IMG/VR virus record: IMGVR_UViG_3300042539_000280 | Span: 1 to 64,000 of that record | From: a virus | DNA length: 64,000 bases | Strand: one strand, 5' to 3' | In this document: piece by piece, positions 56,949 to 64,000 of the stretch | How positions within the stretch are numbered: the first letter of the stretch is position 1 | How the letters are laid out: every line of letters starts with the position of its first letter | Notes under the pieces: model-generated | Databases searched by the model: none | Seen by the model: the letters and a program-made list of their open reading frames with translations, nothing else | What the model was told of the DNA's origin: nothing | Position numbers and translations under genes: made by a program

Positions 56949-57470
56949 TTAAATAGATTCAATTTTTATTGTAGGAAGTGTGTTTGCCGATGCTGAATTA
57001 GTAAACGTAATTGTCATATCTTTATTAGGAAATTCTTTGTAAAGTTTCACAAAGATTTCGTTAAAATAACTAAGAGGATCCTTTGAAGGATCTGTTGGTG
57101 AATCTTTATCAATTGTATAATTAAATTCATTTTTTTCATGTAACATTGATTCAACCACATCCAAATTTGGTTGGTTGTTAGCTAACATTAATTTTTCTTT
57201 TAGTAAAAACCACTCTGATGGTGCACCCTTTTCTATTGAATAAAGTATATCTTCTCTCGTTGGATTAAAATTAGTACCTAAAGGTACATTAATGTCAGAC
57301 TGACATCTTACCGGATAACCATCAGAAGTTCTTGCTATATCTCCTACAGCATCAAAATGTGTTGCCAAAGAATCTTCGGTAATAATATCTGTCCAATATC
57401 TAACAACAAAAGAATTATTCTCTTTATCAATTTCGATTATTCTATAGTAGATTTTAATATTATTTTCCAT
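56949..57470 (-). CDS. Hypothetical AT-rich protein
   Basis: Downstream of the adhesin; SFVVRYWTD. Confidence 0.65.
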   Translation of the reverse strand: MENNIKIYYRIIEIDKENNSFVVRYWTDIITEDSLATHFDAVGDIARTSDGYPVRCQSDINVPLGTNFNPTREDILYSIEKGAPSEWFLLKEKLMLANNQPNLDVVESMLHEKNEFNYTIDKDSPTDPSKDPLSYFNEIFVKLYKEFPNKDMTITFTNSASANTLPTIKIESI

Positions 57471-57487
57471 TTAATCCCTCTATTTTA

Positions 57488-58840
57488 TTAGACTTGTCCG
57501 CCATTAATTGTACCTGCATTTATATATGTGATGTTGGTAGTACCAGAAACACCACTACCAATACCACCTGCTTGTCCAGACAGACCAATACCACCTGCTT
57601 GTCCAGACAGACCAATACCACCTGGTTGTCCAGACAGACCAATACCACCTGGTTGTCCTGCTAATCCCGTTAGACCAATACCGCCAGGTTGTCCTGCGGT
57701 ACCAATACCACCTGCAACACCACCACCGCCGCCGGCGAATATAGGACCGTTGACACCGGCGTTACCGCCTTGACCAATTGAACCACCTCGACCACCTGGG
57801 CCGGCAGGAACACCGCCGCCTGAACCGCCTGCTCCGCCAGCGCCGCCTGTATTTCCTAATCCAGCTTGGCCAACTTGTCCTGGAGATGCAGGTGGACCAT
57901 ATGGTCCAAACGGCGAAAGGGCGCCGCCGGCACCTACAGGAGATCCACCACCGCCGCCGCCGCCGCCGCCGCCGTATGAATATGAACCGCCACCGCCGCC
58001 GCCACCGCCGCCTCCGCCGCCAGCAGCACCACCGGCGCCGCCGCGTCCGCCGGGCCCGCCTGGACCACCAATTCCTCCTCGACCACCAGTGCCACCTGCG
58101 CCGCCTGGGCCGCCTGGGCCGCCGGCGCCGCCTGGCCCACCTGATCCTCCGGGACCACCGGTTCCGCCAGTAATAGTTGTTGTATTATTCAATAGAATTT
58201 TTATTCCTGAAATAGTATCTGCTCGAAAAGCCACACCTCCAGATTGACCGTTATTTCCTACACCGCCGATGCCGCCGTTATTTCCTACACCGCCGATGCC
58301 GCCGTTATTTCCTACACCGCCGATGCCGCCGGCATTTCCTACACCGCCGATGACTCCTATTAGACCATTATTTCCTCTACCTCCGATGCCTCCAGCGCCG
58401 CCCGCTTGTCCTGCACCTCGACCGCCGCCGGCGCCGGCACCACCTCTGCCGCCTGCACCGGATGCACCAGGTTGTCCGGCGGTCCCGGCGGCACCAACAC
58501 CACCTACGGTACCATTTGCACCAGGATTTCCTGTATTACCAGCGGCACCAACACCACCTACGTTACCTGCGGCTCCGGGGTTACCTACTGTTCCTGATGC
58601 ACCGACAGCACCAGTAATCGTGGCAGCATTTTTGATATACAGTAGCGAACCTCCCTTCCAGGATGTTCCTGTTCTAAATGCTGGTGTTGCAACGGAAGAA
58701 CTACCAATGTTGGCATTGATAAAACAAAGTAAGTTTAGAGGGTATGCTGGGCTACCCGATGTAGAATAAAGATCGACATTGTTAGTTGCTGCCGAGAGAG
58801 TTACGATCTTAGTTGGTCTAAGAATAGGAAATAACATCAT
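57488..58840 (-). CDS. gp38-like polyglycine adhesin with long Gly-X-Y strands
   Basis: LYIKN..TITG, LLNN..TITGG, GGGGGSPVGAGG, C-terminal ITYINAGTINGGQV; local GC much higher than flanks. Confidence 0.75.
   Translation of the reverse strand: MMLFPILRPTKIVTLSAATNNVDLYSTSGSPAYPLNLLCFINANIGSSSVATPAFRTGTSWKGGSLLYIKNAATITGAVGASGTVGNPGAAGNVGGVGAAGNTGNPGANGTVGGVGAAGTAGQPGASGAGGRGGAGAGGGRGAGQAGGAGGIGGRGNNGLIGVIGGVGNAGGIGGVGNNGGIGGVGNNGGIGGVGNNGQSGGVAFRADTISGIKILLNNTTTITGGTGGPGGSGGPGGAGGPGGPGGAGGTGGRGGIGGPGGPGGRGGAGGAAGGGGGGGGGGGGSYSYGGGGGGGGGGSPVGAGGALSPFGPYGPPASPGQVGQAGLGNTGGAGGAGGSGGGVPAGPGGRGGSIGQGGNAGVNGPIFAGGGGGVAGGIGTAGQPGGIGLTGLAGQPGGIGLSGQPGGIGLSGQAGGIGLSGQAGGIGSGVSGTTNITYINAGTINGGQV
57557..57658. 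repeat. 27-bp coding tandem repeat (about 4 copies; GGIGLSGQA/P)
   Basis: accaataccacctg(c/g)ttgtccagacag at 57557, 57584, 57611, 57638. Confidence 0.9.
58248..58352. repeat. 27-bp coding tandem repeat (about 4 copies; GGIGGVGNN)
   Basis: ccgttatttcctacaccgccgatgccg x3 plus a variant copy. Confidence 0.9.
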
Positions 58841-58867
58841 GGTTGTTTGTGCCTTTATCCTTCTAAA

Positions 58868-61800
58868 TTATCTACAATCAGGAATATATGTACCGTAAAG
58901 GTTTGTACCATCGCACCAGAATGAGAATACGTCAGTGGTTGATGCGGTAGTTGATAATGTTGGTGCTACTGCGGCAGGCCACTTGAATACCGATCCCCAT
59001 GTGGTGATGGTTTTAGAACCTACGCCATCCTGCTTACATATGAATATATAGGAGCCAGCCTTTAGATTGGTTGGGTTTGCCATTGTTCTACCGGTACCAG
59101 ATAGTGTCACGGTTGCCATTCTTGATGTTGATGCATCCCATGAGATTGTACCAGAGGCATCGGACAATGAGGTTACGGTCATTGACTGTGCGGCCAGGCC
59201 GGTATTGAATGGGGAATAGCTAGAAACCGCACCAGCAGTATCGGCATAACCAGCAGAGATTTTCTGCCAAGAACCTAAAGCATTAGCTTCATTATATCTG
59301 ATGGCAAGGTAAGGTGTGGATACGTTTCTTGGAATAGCAAGTTGCATACCATACGAACCAGCACCAGTGGCTGCATAATCGTTGCCTAATCCAATATATA
59401 AACTATAATATTGGCCGGCACCGTTTACACCAGGTCCGTTAGTTGATCCTTGAACAAATCTCCAACCAAAATTATAAGATGGTGTTGTGGCATCAAATGC
59501 TGTTCTTGTGCTGTGATTATCGCCCATGTTATTGAAAACACGGTGTTCATCGGTAATGTTATCAATAGATGCAGAGAGTGTACCACCAAGTGTCAAACTG
59601 CCTGTTGATGTTACTGTTCCTGTAAGAGTTAGTCCGGAAACCGTACCAGTGCCGGAGACAGAGGTAACACCAGATGATGTGACATAACCAGCAGATCCGG
59701 TAACAGATGTTACACGACCATAGGCATCGACTGTAATAGCGGAAATACCGGAAGAATACGATGCTGCGCCAGCACCTGCTGTTGCCAAATCAACTGTGAT
59801 TGCTGTGGTGCCGGTCGATGTAACACGTCCTGATGTACCAGAAACAGTTGCAACCTTTGTACCAGCAACCGCATTGGCAGCATTGGCCATGACACCAGCA
59901 TAGTTATTTGCTGCCGTAGTTGATGTATTGGTATAGGCGTTAGCGGCACCAGTCGAGGTATTCACATAAGCATAATCCATACCAGAAACGGCAACGTTTG
60001 ATGCGCCGGTGATGCGACCATATGCGTCTACAGTAAGAACTGGAATCTGTGTGGCGCCGCCGTATGTGGTAGCAGTTACACCAGAGGTTGAAAGGTCAAG
60101 ATAGACAGTTTCGATACCACTGACACTAACAGTATTGGCCCAAACTCTTGCCGTGCTATTACTTGTAACAGAGGAAACTTTGGTATTTGACCAATCATTA
60201 GCAGATGACACAGAAGTATTGGTATATGCTCTGGCAGTTACCAGGTTAGCATCTACAATGGTCTGTGTCCAGGCATTACCGGAGTTAGCCATTGCACCGG
60301 CATAGTTGTTAGCAGAAGTAACATCAGTATTGGTTGCAATGTCATACCAGGTAGTACCATCTTCTGTGAGAGTCCATGTATCTGAACCTTCTCTCCATAG
60401 AATGGACACATTAGCGGAAGAACCACGTTTGATTTCAATACCAGCATCTTCCGATGGTGCCACCGCAGCAGGAATATCATTATTGAGTGTAATGATACTA
60501 TCACCAATCAATAATGTCTGTGTATTGGCATAAGTTGTATTACCAGAAATGGTAAGATTGCCTTGAATAACAAAATCACCAGTAACGGTATCTCCGGCCT
60601 TCTTTAGATAAGTTGATCCTGCATATGTGTTAGCATTATTAGCAACCACGCCGGCCTGGTTAGCAGCGGCAAATGCCGCATTGGCAATAACACCTGCTTG
60701 GTTGGCAGCACCAAAGGCACCATTCGCAACAGTACCAGCACCATTGGCCATTACACCAGCATAGTTATTAGATGATGTTCCAACGACTCCTGCATAAGCA
60801 TTGGCACCAATACCTGTGTTATAAGCCAAGACGTTTGCGGAGTTGGCCTTATCAAAGGCAGCATTGGCAACAGTATAGGCGTCATTAGCCTTATTGAAAG
60901 GAGGAGATAAGTCTGGTGTCAGTGAAGAAGCATAAGCATTGGCGGCGTTTGCCATGACGCCGGCATAATTGTTAGCAGAAACGGCAGTATTTGCTAAATC
61001 GCTTGATACTGTGTTTGCCTTATCAAATGCTGCATTAGCAACCACATAACCAGCATTTGAAGAAGTATATGCGGCATTTATAACACCAAAGGCACTGTTG
61101 ACTGCTGCATAAGTTGTATTGGAGTGACCAAAGGCAGCAACAGCATTTGTAGCAGGCCCTGTGTTATTTTCATTGACATTTTCAAATCTACCGTTAGCGG
61201 AAACATAACGAATCAAATCGCCGTTAGTAAGTGATCCGTTGAAGTGTGCTAATTCGTCGTCAGCAAGTGATGAACCACGCTGAACCGCAGCAAAGATCAT
61301 GCCTACTGTGGAAGACTTAGTAATAACAGTACCAATTTGCACTTTATTGTTTGGAGCAGTTGGTTTGGTATTCTGTAATGCACCAGGATTTGATGAACTT
61401 ACATAAAGGATATCACCTTCACTAAACATACTGGTATCGATCTTACGAACTTTACCAAATGTTGTGACAAAACCTTCTTCGCCGTTCGGAATATCTTCTG
61501 TAGCAATACCAAGAATATACTTAGAGTCATATGAGTTATTAGCAATGGCACGACGGACAGTTAGTTTACCAGAATTTCCTACTGTAGAAAGATACGCAAC
61601 TGCATTGGAATTGTAAATAGTTTCCCCGGACTGATTCAATACTCTATAGTATTGCTCTTGACCAAGTTGCAATATAGACTCACCTGTACCAACATCAAGT
61701 GTTTTGTCGTCTGGATTCCAAGTTACTTGGCCTTCTACAACCTGACCGTTAGCAGCAGTTAGAGAAGTTGTGTCAAAGAAAATACTATTGACACCTGCAA

Positions 61801-62632
61801 GGTTATCCCTAATGTTTAGTGTACCGTCGAATATAACACCATCGGTATTAGCAAGTTTGGTGTTTGCCCATCCATTAGCAGAGTTGGACATAACACCAGC
61901 ATAGTTATTGGATGCCTGTGTAGAAACGTCCGTATAAGCATTAGCACCAATACCGGTATTATATGCAAGTAAATTGGCAGCATTGGCCTTATAATATGCT
62001 GCATTAGCAGTATCATATGACGACTCAATGAATAGAATATCGTTGGAAAGATTAGCACGATCAAATGCTGCCTGGGCTAATGTTAGAGTTGCATTAGCAT
62101 TTGTATATGCTGAATTTGCTACGGTATATGCAGCATTGGCAGTATTGAAAGCAGGTGATAAATCTGGTGTCAGTGAAGATGCATAAGCATTGGCAGAATT
62201 TGCCATCGCACCGGCATAGTTATTTGCGGCAGTAGTAGAAACATCCGCATATGCATTAGCACCAATACCTGTATTATAAGCAAGGACATTAGCAGAGTTG
62301 GCTTTATCAAAAGCAGGTTTTAGATTAGCAGTAATAGTAAAAGAATCGGTAAAAATATCGGCAGATAATTCAATATTATCACCTTTATCAATAGTAAGAT
62401 AGTCACCCGAGGTATCAGCAACGAGTAGTGATCCGGCGACGTTTACTACGCCAAAACTATCAGCACCTCCGCCGCCGCCACCTCCGCCAGCAACTTGGAC
62501 GATATGTGAGGTTAGATTTTTATAATAAAGTTTACCATCCGCATAGTTGATGGCAAGTTCACCATATTCTAGCGTAGATGGAACTTCATTAGGTGTAGAT
62601 GATTTCTTGAGTTTGATTACTGTGTTTGCCAT
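58868..62632 (-). CDS. Long modular tail fibre protein
   Basis: GELAINYADGKLYYK N-terminus; ANxY helical repeats; TVDAYGR repeats; KQDGVGS...FKWP..VAPTLST C-terminal module. Confidence 0.85.
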   Translation of the reverse strand: MANTVIKLKKSSTPNEVPSTLEYGELAINYADGKLYYKNLTSHIVQVAGGGGGGGGADSFGVVNVAGSLLVADTSGDYLTIDKGDNIELSADIFTDSFTITANLKPAFDKANSANVLAYNTGIGANAYADVSTTAANNYAGAMANSANAYASSLTPDLSPAFNTANAAYTVANSAYTNANATLTLAQAAFDRANLSNDILFIESSYDTANAAYYKANAANLLAYNTGIGANAYTDVSTQASNNYAGVMSNSANGWANTKLANTDGVIFDGTLNIRDNLAGVNSIFFDTTSLTAANGQVVEGQVTWNPDDKTLDVGTGESILQLGQEQYYRVLNQSGETIYNSNAVAYLSTVGNSGKLTVRRAIANNSYDSKYILGIATEDIPNGEEGFVTTFGKVRKIDTSMFSEGDILYVSSSNPGALQNTKPTAPNNKVQIGTVITKSSTVGMIFAAVQRGSSLADDELAHFNGSLTNGDLIRYVSANGRFENVNENNTGPATNAVAAFGHSNTTYAAVNSAFGVINAAYTSSNAGYVVANAAFDKANTVSSDLANTAVSANNYAGVMANAANAYASSLTPDLSPPFNKANDAYTVANAAFDKANSANVLAYNTGIGANAYAGVVGTSSNNYAGVMANGAGTVANGAFGAANQAGVIANAAFAAANQAGVVANNANTYAGSTYLKKAGDTVTGDFVIQGNLTISGNTTYANTQTLLIGDSIITLNNDIPAAVAPSEDAGIEIKRGSSANVSILWREGSDTWTLTEDGTTWYDIATNTDVTSANNYAGAMANSGNAWTQTIVDANLVTARAYTNTSVSSANDWSNTKVSSVTSNSTARVWANTVSVSGIETVYLDLSTSGVTATTYGGATQIPVLTVDAYGRITGASNVAVSGMDYAYVNTSTGAANAYTNTSTTAANNYAGVMANAANAVAGTKVATVSGTSGRVTSTGTTAITVDLATAGAGAASYSSGISAITVDAYGRVTSVTGSAGYVTSSGVTSVSGTGTVSGLTLTGTVTSTGSLTLGGTLSASIDNITDEHRVFNNMGDNHSTRTAFDATTPSYNFGWRFVQGSTNGPGVNGAGQYYSLYIGLGNDYAATGAGSYGMQLAIPRNVSTPYLAIRYNEANALGSWQKISAGYADTAGAVSSYSPFNTGLAAQSMTVTSLSDASGTISWDASTSRMATVTLSGTGRTMANPTNLKAGSYIFICKQDGVGSKTITTWGSVFKWPAAVAPTLSTTASTTDVFSFWCDGTNLYGTYIPDCR

Positions 62633-63195
62633 TAAAAGTCGTCATTCTCGTCTTCCGGCTGATCATTTGCCACAGGAGCATTTTCAACCTCGGTTGTCTT
62701 TTTCTTATTTATAACTTTTTTAGGAGGCGGAATTAGTTGTGTGAGTTTGACGATTTCGGCCTCCTTTTCAGAAAGTCGGCCTGTCATAGTGGCATTTTCT
62801 AATTTTAGTTTTTCAGTCTCATTTTTCAGATTTTGAAGTTCATTCTTTAGAGTATCATATTCATTGTTCTTAGTCAACAATGCTTGTTTAATTTCATTCA
62901 TCTGTGAGGTCAAAGCATCCATATGTGAGACTTTATTTTTTATAGCCTCATATGATGCCTTTATATTATCTGCTTCCTCAACACTTTTCTCAACACTTTT
63001 GGTTAGTCCCGACGCCGTATTCTTACATTCGTCCAACTGCTCCTGGAGGGATGCTATCAAAGCATCCTTCTCAGGAACAATTTCTGTAGCGAGTCTTAGT
63101 TGAGTTCTCAACTGTAATATTGTTGACACTTGATCGTGGATCATACCCATTGCATGATCAACATATGCATTTATATACTTTTGTGGGTCACTCAT
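62632..63195 (-). CDS. Coiled-coil protein
   Basis: Long heptad pattern; coupled to the fibre gene. Confidence 0.65.
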   Translation of the reverse strand: MSDPQKYINAYVDHAMGMIHDQVSTILQLRTQLRLATEIVPEKDALIASLQEQLDECKNTASGLTKSVEKSVEEADNIKASYEAIKNKVSHMDALTSQMNEIKQALLTKNNEYDTLKNELQNLKNETEKLKLENATMTGRLSEKEAEIVKLTQLIPPPKKVINKKKTTEVENAPVANDQPEDENDDF

Positions 63196-63218
63196 ATTCT
63201 AATTCTCCAATATTACTG

Positions 63219-63998
63219 TTAGAAATTACCTCCGTCGAGCATTCCAAACTGTGGAACACCAGAACTATTCACTTGTAAGACATTACCTTCGGTACCAGCG
63301 GCGGTAACCTTTAGATCACCCGATGTATTACCGAATAGGATACCGTTTTCGGTGAATGAAGTCTGACCTGTGCCGCCGTATGGGACTTTGACTACGCCGG
63401 TGCTGATATAAGAACCATTAGCAGCATTTGTATTAGCGGCACCGCCAACAACATCAGCATATGCATTGGCCGATGTTCCTACGGAGTTAGCAAATACTCT
63501 TGTATAAGCATTAGCAGAGTCACCAACTACCTGTGCATATGCATTACCGGATGAACCGACAACTACTGCATAAGCATTGGCCGCTGCTCCAACAAAATCA
63601 GCGTAAGCATTGCCTGACTGTCCTACTGTTACAGCATAAGCATTGGCCGCATTTGCCATGAATCCTGCATAATTATTTGCTGATGATCCAACCGAGTCTG
63701 CATAACCATTTGCAGAGTTGGCCATAACACCGGCATAACTATTTGCAGAAGTTGTAGCTGTCTCAACATCTGTATTGGATGCGATATTTAGATAGGTAGA
63801 ACCGTCATTTGTAAAGGTCCACTTTTCTGATGTTTCATTCCATAGAACAGAAACGTTAGCGGATGAACCACGATTGATTTCCATACCTGCATCTTGTGTA
63901 GGTGCTGTAGCACCATCAAGATCGGAATTTAGAACAAAGATATTATCGCTAACAAGTAGTGACTGGGTATTGACATATGTAGTCGTGCCAGTAACAGT
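63219..63998 (-). CDS. Tail fibre protein, C-terminal part (runs off right edge)
   Basis: Frame open to the window end; DAGMEINRG module, SANAY repeats, YGGTG, LDGGNF terminus. Confidence 0.8.
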   Translation of the reverse strand, partial: TVTGTTTYVNTQSLLVSDNIFVLNSDLDGATAPTQDAGMEINRGSSANVSVLWNETSEKWTFTNDGSTYLNIASNTDVETATTSANSYAGVMANSANGYADSVGSSANNYAGFMANAANAYAVTVGQSGNAYADFVGAAANAYAVVVGSSGNAYAQVVGDSANAYTRVFANSVGTSANAYADVVGGAANTNAANGSYISTGVVKVPYGGTGQTSFTENGILFGNTSGDLKVTAAGTEGNVLQVNSSGVPQFGMLDGGNF

Positions 63999-64000
63999 TA

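Noticed and set aside
57557-58352. CRISPR array or diversity-generating retroelement
   Set aside because: Repeats are in-frame, spacer-less coding repeats; no cas genes, reverse transcriptase or adenine-specific TR/VR pair seen
58269-58769. Pro-rich 166-aa + strand ORF
   Set aside because: Simply the reverse complement of Gly codons in the adhesin gene
1-64000. tRNA or rRNA genes
   Set aside because: Intergenic gaps are short and none showed a cloverleaf with a T-loop consensus by eye; tRNAscan would be definitive

Overview
A 64-kb segment of a large T4-like (Tevenvirinae-type/T4-superfamily myovirus) phage genome. Essentially every real gene is on the minus strand. The host is probably an alphaproteobacterium, inferred from a Rhizobiales-like FtsH, an IbpA-type small heat-shock gene with a ROSE-like leader and an MmgC/DmdC-type acyl-CoA dehydrogenase. 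In transcription order (right to left) the window holds: tail-fibre and Gly-rich adhesin genes; neck/tail/terminase/head genes (gp13-gp23, gp3); uvsY/uvsW, gp55 and gp47/gp46, with a full-length FtsH inserted between gp47 and gp46; a sigma70-driven early block (DUF4338-like, ParB-like, vWA/peptidase + MoxR-type AAA, HTH); replication genes (dNMP kinase, gp45, gp44, gp62, regA, dUTPase); a PAAR-like gene and hsp20; and a ~9-kb translationally coupled glycan-biosynthesis/modification operon behind a perfect T4 late promoter, ending in the acyl-CoA dehydrogenase. The best candidate for an undescribed system is late-expressed virion glycosylation: the glycosyltransferase operon occurs together with a marked [A/S/G]-Asn enrichment in virion proteins. 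Other notable signals are the ROSE-like RNA thermometer, a portal gene that can only start at AUA, an antisense promoter followed by an origin-like/sRNA element, a pseudoknot-like leader, a late-gene switch to CTA Leu codons, TTAA avoidance in core genes, and an adhesin with four length-matched polyglycine strands. No tRNA, rRNA, CRISPR array or reverse transcriptase was seen. All family assignments come from motif recognition by eye, not database searches.
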